DNA from: Ionaspis alba
Taxonomy: Eukaryota
Direction of reading: 5' to 3'
Length of the DNA: 64,000 nucleotides
NCBI GenBank assembly: GCA_964255285.1
Contig: CAXUUL010000001.1
Span: 62,001-126,000, forward strand
Shown here: positions 50,635 to 60,347 of the stretch, one piece after another
How the letters are laid out: the number at the start of each line of letters is the position of its first letter
Position numbering within the stretch: the first letter of the stretch is position 1
Notes under the pieces: generated by a model
What the model was told of the DNA's origin: nothing
Databases searched by the model: none
The model's input: only the letters and a program-made list of their open reading frames with translations
Program-made: the position numbers and the translations under genes

Positions 50635-50853
50635 AGGGGGTGGCCCTCCCGGCTGCTTCCCTCGTCGTCGGGGGACGATCCGAGGACTCTAAAGCAGCCT
50701 CACCAAGCGCCGGGGGAAGGGCAATTGACGCAAGAATCAGCACACCTCCAACTCCATTATTCTCGGAGAGGAGTCACCTGAGCGCAGACGGTTTTTCGCG
50801 GACCTTTCCCGTCGTCGCTGTTCTGCCTGCCGCTCGTTCTGTCCACTAGCATC

Positions 50854-51888
50854 ATGGTGGCAACGACCGCAACTCCTCGCTCCCAGCACACTTTCGATCC
50901 TCTCCTTCGACCATTCCTTTCGCCCAGCTTCGACCCTACCACCTACCTCAACCGCAGGCTCCCCCCACTTCCGTCCTCTGTGGGCCTTCAATCCCGCCTT
51001 CAGGTCCACGCCGCAAGATCCCAGCAAATGCTTTCCCTCACCGAGCTCGCCAGCCAAACTCAAACACATGTAGCCGAACTCAGTGCTAAAACGTCCCGTC
51101 TTTCTGACACCCTAACCCAATTGACCGACGATATCGTTCGCAGCGGTAGTCGTCTAGCTTATGAAGTGGAAGTCCTGCGAGGGGAAGCTTATTCCCTGTC
51201 CGAAGCTCTGACTGACGGCCTGCACGAAGACATCGAGAAAATCGGTCCACGGGGCAGCATCACCAACACCGAAGCAGGCGAGGATTCCTCGCCAAAGCAG
51301 TCATCACTGCTGTCCGCGCCGGGAGACGGAGCTCTTGTGGGAAATGCTACAGGAGCCACGGATCCATCTGCTATCAGTTCCCTACGCACCCTCCACCACG
51401 TTCGTGAAAACTTACAATCCGTGATCGCTATCTTCGACGCCGCTCTCCATTGGCCCCTTCCTCCATCCAGTCTCTCAATCTCGTCCTCCCTGATATCAGT
51501 CTCCGCACCGCAGGAGAATCAAAGCCTGGAAGAAAAGGGGCAGGAAGCCGCCAAGAAATTCAAAGATGAGATATCTACTCTACTGGCGAAGGGAGGTACG
51601 GAAGGCGTGTTGGCAGCGGAGAAGCGAATAGAGGAGTTGAGGGAGTTGGTGGGGGTTTGGAAAGGGACGGCAGAGGAGAAAGCGAGGGGAAAATTCGTGG
51701 AGGCGCTAGCGAAGGCTGTTGCGGAGAGGAGGAAAGGGGAGGAAAGTAGAGGTGGACTCGTTGGTAAGAGTGCTCCTGCTCGAAGCAGGAGGGCATCGGA
51801 CGAGGTAGAGACGAACGGGCAAATAAGTAATGCTGGGGGTGGGCCAGCCTTCCTAAAGAGGTTAAGGGAGGAGATATATATCGAGTAA
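50854..51888 (+). CDS. Conserved hypothetical helical protein, COG7/CATCHR tethering-subunit-like
   Basis: Single ORF. FLSPSFDPTTYLN followed by a long coiled coil (LSDTLTQLTDDIVRSGSRLAYEVEVLRGE) is typical of the N-terminus of COG/exocyst-type subunits. The specific subunit is an inference. Confidence 0.6.
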   Translation: MVATTATPRSQHTFDPLLRPFLSPSFDPTTYLNRRLPPLPSSVGLQSRLQVHAARSQQMLSLTELASQTQTHVAELSAKTSRLSDTLTQLTDDIVRSGSRLAYEVEVLRGEAYSLSEALTDGLHEDIEKIGPRGSITNTEAGEDSSPKQSSLLSAPGDGALVGNATGATDPSAISSLRTLHHVRENLQSVIAIFDAALHWPLPPSSLSISSSLISVSAPQENQSLEEKGQEAAKKFKDEISTLLAKGGTEGVLAAEKRIEELRELVGVWKGTAEEKARGKFVEALAKAVAERRKGEESRGGLVGKSAPARSRRASDEVETNGQISNAGGGPAFLKRLREEIYIE

Positions 51889-52078
51889 GAGGACTTCACT
51901 AGCTGTAGAGAAGGGCTCTACAAACCACATGCTCCCATTTCCAAAACGCAAGCAACCAGCCCGGTATTGCTGAAACACACGCGCCTCAACGGCATCATAA
52001 TCGTCCATCCCAGAATGTTCATGGCCTTGTCCCAGAACAAACCCAAGCTCCAATATCCCACCACGCTAAGCACAGAAA

Positions 52079-55000
52079 TCACCTCGCATCGCGACTAGCA
52101 GCCTCCATCAAAACCGCCCCTTTCCGCCATCGGTGCTTCTTGTCAAACACACCGGCAACACCCTTTCCCAAGGGCGTCTCCCCTCGTTGCACTCCCCCGG
52201 CCCAAAGGCTAAACACTCTTTTGGCAACCTCAGCCTCATCGATTGGCTCCGGCAACCTCCCTCGATCATCCCAGTCCTTATCACGTATGCCCTCAGCGTG
52301 CAGCTTCGCTAGGAAGGCGTCTACAACACCAATGTCCAGCTTCGTAATACACTTCTTCCAGCCCACGCTCTCGACCTCACGGCCAAGAAGCCAGGCGGAT
52401 GGACTTGTAGGATTGAAAGGGTGCAGAGTGCGGTCGGATTTGGCGGCACGATAGATCGATCGGAGCGCGCGGTAGTGAGCCGTTTCCCACGGAAGACAAA
52501 CAGGGAGCAATTCTGAATTTTGCGATACCCGTGGTGGCGAGGGAGTTTGGTGAGATGCGTCTTTTGCGACTTCGGCCGTTGCGGTGAAACTTGGCATCAA
52601 GGCCCGCAGGTTCGCCACGAAGCTGAAGAGCTCTCCGAGCCATGATGACGCTGACACTGGAACGTTCAGCGAAGGTTGTTGAATCGGCACTTCGACCTTG
52701 TGCGTTATTGTCTCGCCAATACTGAACTCAGGCACCGCATTGGACTTTTGATGGGATCTTTCCTCCGTGTCACTAGGATCAGCTGTCGCGTTTTGATAGC
52801 CTTGCCCGTTTGATCCACTATTTCCTGGAACAATACTTTGTGCAGCCGGTATCTCCTGTGTGGGACGAACAATTTCCTCTAGGACTATTTCCGACCGTGG
52901 GCTGTCTTCTACTCGGCTGAGGTAATCTACACCAGCATGACCGACAATATCCGATAGAACAGAACAGGCAGATTCTTCGTATTTCGTTCTTTTCCTTGCC
53001 AAAGTATCAGTTGGGGTCCGTGCATGCTTCAAATCTGGTCGCCAAAAACACTCTTCGTCTTCATCGACCATTTCGTTGCCGTATGGCATTTGATTTCGTC
53101 TTCGCCATGGACTGGGTAGCTTGTTTCGCCGCGATTTATGTAGTTCAACCGCACAAAGAAGTTCCGATTTTTCCATCGAGGAGGTGTGCTTATCCACGAG
53201 GAAAGACTTCGCTGCTGCTCGCCAAACATCGATCTCTCCTTCATCTTCGTGATCATCCTCGGCGTCTTCAGCTTCAGTATTTTCTTGTCCTGAGTCACTC
53301 CCGTCACTATCGATGACTATAACCTGGCTGGTATTGGCTGCTTGAATTTGTCTGCTTATTGCTTCCCGTTCCAATTGCCATTGGGCTTCCTTAGCTAGCA
53401 TAGTATGGTCCACTCCGTCATTTGGAGGGTTCGGATCTTGAGCCCGAAGCACAGTACCGGATGCTGCTTTAGCAGCGTTGTCAGCTTTCCAGATCATCCT
53501 GTCATACTCATCATCCGCGTCACTTCTCTCTGGACTAGGAAGTTGCTTTGTAGAGGGTGCAGTAGGCATCACCGGATAGCTCACTTGCGGCGGAGGAACC
53601 GACGGGCTAGGTGCATAACTTTTTGCGCGATTAGGATTTGGCAACCTGACTCCTTCAGATATAACGGCATCCTGAAATTCCTGAATTGCAGGCTCCGATA
53701 CAGCGATCGCTTCCTGTTCTGCGAGGCACTGCCTCTTTGCGAGCTCTTCGCCTAATCTCAAGCCAGCTTTCAACTCACGTCTCGTACCTGCCCCGAAGCC
53801 GCTGAAGAGATCGTCGAGACCGTCTTCTGGTGACTTCGGCGACGATGTCTCCGAGGTCTCTTGAGGAGGTCTGGAACTCGTAATATTCATTTTCGGGTCC
53901 AGGACGCCCTGTAAAACCATCCCGGCTTGCGCAACATGAACAAGACTTGGCATGGCACTGGTAGGCTCATTGAAAGAGCAAGGTGTCTGCCCCACCGGTG
54001 CTGCCTGTATTGGCGTAGGTAAAGCTGGGGATGAGAAGGATTGAGATGGGGTCTTCTGCTTAGTCAGCTCATACAATCGGGAGGAGTTTCTGAAGGTCAA
54101 GGGAGAAGCTTGATTGTCTAAAAGCAGGGAAGAGTCCTCGGAACTTGCCGGCTTCGGGAGTGGAATCATTTTCAACGAGCTCCCCTCAGGCCGCCGGGTT
54201 GAGGATGGATGGTCTCGTTCTGCGGCCGTAGTTTTTGCGAATACTGGCGTCGGAACATATCGTGGAAGGCTGGAAGTGTTGGTTTGCCCCTCTCGTGAAG
54301 TACTCAATTGTTGCTGAGCGGATGGTAGTGTAGATATAGATATCATGGTGAAGCCTTCGCTCTCCATAATAGAGTCGTACTCATAGTGCTCGTCCATCGG
54401 ATTGATTGGAGAGTCCTCGACCTCAAATTTGTTGGCTTGATGACTAGGGGATCTCGAGATTGAGTGAATGTTAGGGCTGGGAGATGCTCGTGGTTGCTCC
54501 AACGTCCCTGTGCTGATACTTGGAGACGCTGGAAATCGTGCGCTCAACGTTCTGGACGTAGAGCTCCCCTGCTCCTGACACATGTGTCTTTCGCTTTCCT
54601 TTACTTCTTCATGCTTTGCGTTCATACTCCTCTCGACTGCCGTTTGTACAGACTCGTCCTTCACGCTGAGGCCTGAGTCATTAGCGATGTTGACGGGACT
54701 CATAGCCTTCCTCCTCCCCTTGCTTCTTGTCTGCGGACTCCGGCCCCCGGGTTCCTGGCGATTTGTAGACGACAGTATTTTGTCCAATCTCGAAGCAGGC
54801 GGCGCTCTTTGCACGACATCATTTGCCTCCAAGCTTGAGACAAGATTGTTACTTCGCCTAACTCGTGTTTTGGAAGGGATCGTTTCTGACTGTTCAGCCT
54901 CTTCAGCCATGGTTCTTGCCTTACGTGGTGTATATTTTCTGGGTTTGGGAGTTCCGTTGCGCTTAATGGGTGTACCCTGCAATTTTCGCGGCCTTCCTCT

Positions 55001-55405
55001 TCCTCTCTTAGGCGGTATTGGAGTGGTGTCATCTCCTCCTCTTAATGGAACAGTGGTCGTGGTAGTTCGTTTCGCAATACGTTCCGAGAGAGATTTTGAA
55101 GGCGTAGCCTGCTTCTCCGTACTTTCCTCCTTTTCTGCCTCAACCGTGACGCGAATCCTCCACGGGCTGACAAGGTTCTCAGTTTGAGCGATGGATCGGT
55201 TCGGGGACGAGTCTCGTGTCAGACCAGCTGGAGGTGTTGTGAGATAAAAGTCCTGCAGGCGTATATTACCGTTACTGGCTGCCAAAGGCTTCTTCGGTGT
55301 GATACTTTGTATATGGTTTCGTCTACTCGACGGATCTGGAGCAGTTTTTAATGGAACGGTGAGAGGGTCAGGGGAAGAAAAGGTGGAGTCAAGAGACGAC
55401 GCCAT
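52079..55405 (-). CDS. AT-hook-containing disordered protein, 1108 aa
   Basis: Single ORF with AT-hook PKRGRGRPRK. Short conserved-looking islands SPWRIRVTVEAE, YDSIMESEGFTMIS and DDLFSGFGAGTRRELKAGLRLGEELA. Confidence 0.8.
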   Translation of the reverse strand: MASSLDSTFSSPDPLTVPLKTAPDPSSRRNHIQSITPKKPLAASNGNIRLQDFYLTTPPAGLTRDSSPNRSIAQTENLVSPWRIRVTVEAEKEESTEKQATPSKSLSERIAKRTTTTTVPLRGGDDTTPIPPKRGRGRPRKLQGTPIKRNGTPKPRKYTPRKARTMAEEAEQSETIPSKTRVRRSNNLVSSLEANDVVQRAPPASRLDKILSSTNRQEPGGRSPQTRSKGRRKAMSPVNIANDSGLSVKDESVQTAVERSMNAKHEEVKESERHMCQEQGSSTSRTLSARFPASPSISTGTLEQPRASPSPNIHSISRSPSHQANKFEVEDSPINPMDEHYEYDSIMESEGFTMISISTLPSAQQQLSTSREGQTNTSSLPRYVPTPVFAKTTAAERDHPSSTRRPEGSSLKMIPLPKPASSEDSSLLLDNQASPLTFRNSSRLYELTKQKTPSQSFSSPALPTPIQAAPVGQTPCSFNEPTSAMPSLVHVAQAGMVLQGVLDPKMNITSSRPPQETSETSSPKSPEDGLDDLFSGFGAGTRRELKAGLRLGEELAKRQCLAEQEAIAVSEPAIQEFQDAVISEGVRLPNPNRAKSYAPSPSVPPPQVSYPVMPTAPSTKQLPSPERSDADDEYDRMIWKADNAAKAASGTVLRAQDPNPPNDGVDHTMLAKEAQWQLEREAISRQIQAANTSQVIVIDSDGSDSGQENTEAEDAEDDHEDEGEIDVWRAAAKSFLVDKHTSSMEKSELLCAVELHKSRRNKLPSPWRRRNQMPYGNEMVDEDEECFWRPDLKHARTPTDTLARKRTKYEESACSVLSDIVGHAGVDYLSRVEDSPRSEIVLEEIVRPTQEIPAAQSIVPGNSGSNGQGYQNATADPSDTEERSHQKSNAVPEFSIGETITHKVEVPIQQPSLNVPVSASSWLGELFSFVANLRALMPSFTATAEVAKDASHQTPSPPRVSQNSELLPVCLPWETAHYRALRSIYRAAKSDRTLHPFNPTSPSAWLLGREVESVGWKKCITKLDIGVVDAFLAKLHAEGIRDKDWDDRGRLPEPIDEAEVAKRVFSLWAGGVQRGETPLGKGVAGVFDKKHRWRKGAVLMEAASRDAR

Positions 55406-55759
55406 GGTGATGCCCTTGCAATTATTATGCGTCCAATATGAAAAGTAGCATCTCGTTTAGAACAACGGAATCGGCAGTTGCCTGGAATATCTGTGTTGTG
55501 AGTTTATTCTTCGTTACGCTGGTGACACTCACTCTACGAGAACAATTTGAGATGTCTTCTACCAAAGTAAATAGAGCTAGTCTCGAACTAGATCGCCAAG
55601 ACTATTTCTTGGCAGCACGTGAACTCGGCTCGACATGCTTCGATATGACGGTTGGAAAAGATCTTCTCGAAGAACTTCCGTGTTACTGTCATACTAGTTC
55701 CTCTATCCTCTACCAGGCCTTCTGATATTCTCACCAAGTTGTTCCATAGCCCTAGACAG

Positions 55760-56288
55760 CAATATGCCCTTCAAGTTCATGATTCCACAAGTGGAAGAGG
55801 CAAATATTTGGAGTGGTCCTCTTGCCATTCGGGGTCCTTTGTGACTCCATTCCATGCCTCTAGGCTTCGGTGCATACCAGTCTGGGTACTTTTCACGCGT
55901 CGCCCTAGTGGCTTAGGCCGTATGATGCCATGAATGCCATTGAGGTACTTTTTCCTCCTTGCCTCTTCCTAGAGCATCTCTATGGCGTCCTCGGCTGCGG
56001 ATTCGAGTGCCGCCATCTGAATATCACGGTCTCTCTCTTCACGAGCCGATCATGGTCGACCGAGCGATCATTGTCGATTGGTTTTGGAGATTTTGGACCG
56101 GCAAGCATATCAGTTGTGTACAAGAATCCAATTTTCAGAAGACTTATCACTCACCTGGTCACTCGGAGCTTTGCGTCACCGGTATGCGTAACTGGACGAC
56201 CACATCCGAGTACCGACCTACTCGGAGTAGCAGTGGTGAGGGTTGCAGCTGATAGAAGAGCCACAAGAAGAGCAGCCGTGAGCTTTAT
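55760..56288 (-). pseudogene. Possible decayed gene for a small secreted protein
   Basis: ATA-AAG-CTC... reads (M)KLTAALLVALLSAATLTTATP, a signal-peptide-like sequence with no ATG. It is followed by a GTGAGT donor, a branch-like CTGAT, CGG in place of CAG, then LVKRE and a broken frame. Confidence 0.35.
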
Positions 56289-57169
56289 TTTACTGATGGC
56301 AATGATCTGATGTGGATTGTCAATGAAGTCGAATAACACAAAGTCAACGACGTCCAATAGCCTATTCGAAAGCTACCAGAGCTGTGGTTCTTGCGAAAGT
56401 TATGTAGATAAGGGATTTGTCAAGGTTGTTTAAGTTGTCTTTGGAAGTTGAGGATGGAAATGCAACTAGATTTATATAGGACCATCCTGAGCGGCGCCGT
56501 AGGCATAAACCACGAGCGGAAACTATGGTATTGCAACTAGTCACGAAAGCTCAAGAAGAAGGAAAAGTGAACACAAGATAAGGACTCACAATCTGATCTT
56601 CTGGGGCGAGCATAGCGTCATCAATTGCGGCGATCCTAAAGCTACTGCATACGACTCTTACTGAATGATTCGTGACACACATTTCGTCAGCTTTGGGAGG
56701 GAGTTTGCGAAGGGACCGAGGCAACGCATCTAATCTCGACAGAACGACGGTGAATAGAAATGGTAAGACTATGATATGTTAATGCTCGGAGAATGGCAGT
56801 AGTGAATATCGTCCCCGTCATAACAGTGTTGCCGAGACTGTAGCGAGAGAAATGATGAGCGGTTCTGAGACGTCTTACAAGGCGAAGGCGTCTGCTGGTT
56901 CTATGCTAAGAGTAAAGGTCAGAAAGCATTATGGCCTCGTTGGTTGTAAGGCGATATCACAAGTCACATCAGCTCCACTAGGTGCAGCACTTGCTTTATG
57001 GAACTCGCCCTGGACTCCAAACAGTTCTATTGACTTTCACGCCATCTTCCAGCACTTGGTCAAGCGGCACTTTTTGAACTAGTCGGAATCAAAACGCCTT
57101 CGCGAATATGCATGATGACCATTGCCATCCAAAGATGATCTAGGGGGTAAAGAGCAACGAAATGGTGCA

Positions 57170-58619
57170 TCAGTCATATTGAAAAAGTACGCTGATGCTC
57201 TCCCCATGGTGAACGCGACGGATAGCCTAGGTGAGCGTCAGCTTGACTTGCCTACTATGTTTGGATGGATACATGCCTCCGCAAAAACAGTGCCAATTTC
57301 TAAAACCTCTAACTTCGGGCATCGCTTTTTGTGCTCATCTTGAGGGACGCTGTTCGTAACCACGACTTTGTCCAGGGCGCTCGCATTGATTCGATCAATC
57401 GCATCGCCACTGAGTAGGCCATGTGTCAGGAGTGCAATGACCTTTGTTGCGCCCTCTTTCTTGAGCAGCTTCGCCGCTCGCGTGATTGTATTGGAAGTAT
57501 CTGCGAGGTCATCGACAAGGATTGCGGTGCGATTGGCTACGTCTCCGACCAGCATCATTGTGGCATTCTGGCGATCTGTGATCTTGGTGGGACGACGTTC
57601 CTAGATCTATATGAGCACAGCAGATACTGACTTACTCGGTCAATTACCTTGTGAATCAGAGCAAATGGCATCCCTAGCCCATCAGCGATGGCGGTAGCTC
57701 TTTTTGCGCCTCCAGCATCTGGGCTGACGATGACAGCCTGCATGTAGTCTGGAATCTGGTATTGGATGTATTTCTTGAGGAGTGGACGGGCATAAAGATT
57801 GTCCACCGGAATGTCGAAGAAACCTTGATACTGCGCATCGTGTAGATCCATCGTGATGATGTGGTCCGCACCAGCACAGGTAAGAAGATCCGCCACCAGG
57901 GTCCCTGCCTGAGCAACCCATTGTTTGTAGCCTGGCTGAGGTACGAAGATGTTCGATTTGGAAGAGTTTGAAGTTACACTGCCAGTCTCGTCGTGGGTGC
58001 TGTTGGTCGTAGCGCCGTTGTTCTTACCGTCTGAGGTTTGTGATTTAGTAGACTCCATCGTATCGCTCCGCTTGAGGTCGCCGTTAGTGTAGGCTGCGAA
58101 TCTTGCCGTGTGGGGGCTGTTGGGACTCGAGTTCGAGTCGTCGAGCTGAACTTTAGTCAGACCTTTATTGAGGCCGTCCATGCCGTTCGACAGACCAGCG
58201 CTCTGGGCATGATCGGGATGGGGTGTTTGAGGCATACTCTCAAGGGTATAGGGGAAGTCGGGTTTGTTGTAGCAATTCGAGGCTTTCGTGAGAGGTGCTC
58301 CGGTCTTGTTGTAAGGAATATCGCTTTGTCGCGAATACGGGAATAAGGGGAGCACGGCGGTAACTTGTTTTGCAGAGGCGGTCTTGCAAGCAGAGATCGT
58401 GATCAGAAGCTCCATTAGATGATCATTGACCCTGCCTCCACCAGATTGTATGATGTAGACATCTTTGCCTCGAACGGACTCCTTAATCTCAACCCTTGTC
58501 TCGCCAACAGAGAATTTAGCAAGTAAGACGTTCGCAGGCGGAATCCCGAGGTGATTGCAGATGGTTTGGACCAGTTGTGGATGGGAGCTACCTCCCAGAA
58601 CAACTATATTGCGGACCAT
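57170..58619 (-). CDS. PRS5: Ribose-phosphate pyrophosphokinase with a non-homologous insertion (Prs5-type; 3 exons)
   Basis: FSVGET, LPLFPYSRQ, an insertion of ~120 aa, ITMDLH..Q.QGFF.IPVDNL, VSPDAGGAKRA, LVDDLADTSNT and AIRRVHHGESIS. Confidence 0.93.
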
Positions 58620-59074
58620 ATTGCCCGTAGACGCCTCTGCTAGCTGCTCAGTGGATGGAGATGCGGATTACTGCCCCTCGGTGGGGTTGAAAGAGGATAG
58701 AACAAGGTAAGTTCCCCGATCAAAACTCAAGAAGTCGCGGAGTGACAAGAGGTTGGAGCAAACACAAGATGTTTGCAAGTCTCACAGCGGTGTGGAATGC
58801 CATGATGGAGGATGGCAGGAGTTACGGTCCGGACAGAAATTCTTTGAGGCCAAGGTTCACGAGTATTGGCAAATACTACTCTAAGCATTCGTCAGATTTC
58901 TACGACTTTTCCCGATTGAGACGACGCTTGCTTTTCCGCTACGCTTGGACGGGGAGCTCTTTGGAAACTTTTCCATCGTTGTTTTGATGCTACCCAAGTT
59001 GTGCCTTCTTCTGCATTTCCGAGAGTATCAAAAGGCCTGCACGCCCATGCTTTGATTCGACCTCCAACCCTAGC

Positions 59075-59861
59075 TCAATCTCCAGTGTCCACCTCCCTAC
59101 ATAGGATATTAGCACATGCAAAGAAACTAGGGATATAGAAACGTAGAAGCTCACAAATCCAGTTGAACTCCATTACTGACTCCGTAATCCTCCAACGTAA
59201 GCTGGTCCTTGAAAGGTCGTTCCCCTTGCCTCTTCAGCATGATCTCGTGCGGTTCTCGGCCGATACGGGCTGCAACTTGGGCCTTGAAAAGTTCTGGACG
59301 GAATCAGCTCGGTCCCAGAGGCTAGGCAGTAGCTTTGTACTTACTGACTGGATCTGAAGCCAGACAAGGTATGGAGGCTTTGGTACCTAGCCGATCGTTG
59401 ATGTTGACGATAATCATGGGTTCCGCAGTAGGAAGAGGACCGTTCGACTTCTTGGCCTTCTTCTCCTTCTGGGGCTTTTCTAATCTCCTCTCATCCGAGC
59501 CTCCACCTTCGAGTCTCTCCTGTGCATTCGGTCCGGAGCACTCCCTTGCTTGTTCTCTGGCTTTTTCTCCGACTCTTGCACTGTCTCTATCCCGTTCATC
59601 ATCCATCTCTCGTTTCCTATCATGCGATCGATCCCTGTCCCGATCGTTAACCCGTTCCCTCTCTCGGTCCCTATCTCGGTAGCCTCGTTCCCGTCGTCTG
59701 TCGCTATCTCGGTGTCGCTCGTCATCTCCGGTCCTTTTTTCCTTCCACTTGAAGCCTCCACCCCCTCTTCTTGGTCTATCGTGGTTCCTTCGTCTGGGTG
59801 ACTGACTACGTGGTCTTTCCTCGCGGCGTCCCGGTGGTGATCTCGATCTGGAATCGGGCAT
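59075..59861 (-). CDS. HUB1: Hub1/UBL5-like ubiquitin-fold protein with an N-terminal RS/RD-rich extension (3 exons)
   Basis: MIIVNINDRLGTKASIPCLASDPV|KLFKAQVAARIG...KDQLTLEDYGVSNGVQLDL|EVDTGD. Introns 59294-59344 and 59097-59154. Confidence 0.85.
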
Positions 59862-60347
59862 TTAGGATACGGTTGCAATTATTGAGGTGATGAGAGCCGA
59901 AATGGAAATCGCCTGGTCTTATTCGGTTTTGGTATGATGTACTTTTTGGCAACCGACCTCTAGGGCGACACTAGTCAGCCCTAGTCTCTTCACTCACATG
60001 CCGTCGTGTACAATACATATCTATCACTAAATTGAATACATTTCTGTTTCTTTAACGACCTCTTTCAATTGATAATTGCAATATAAACAAATAGGATATA
60101 ACAAGATCCTCAATAAGCATTCATTCGAAATTTGATGATATAAATAGAAGAATATTCTCCATTATATCTGTGTTCGTTGGATGTAAATTCCTTTTCTACA
60201 TGCCGTTAATTTTCCTCGTTCGCCTCGGCCCCAACGTCATTATCGTTCTACCCGACTTATCTTGTCCGTGTTCCGTTCTTTTCACCCAGGATATCGGAGC
60301 TTGGTTACCTCGCTGCTCGCTTGACTCGAATGCGGTGAAGAGGCAGC

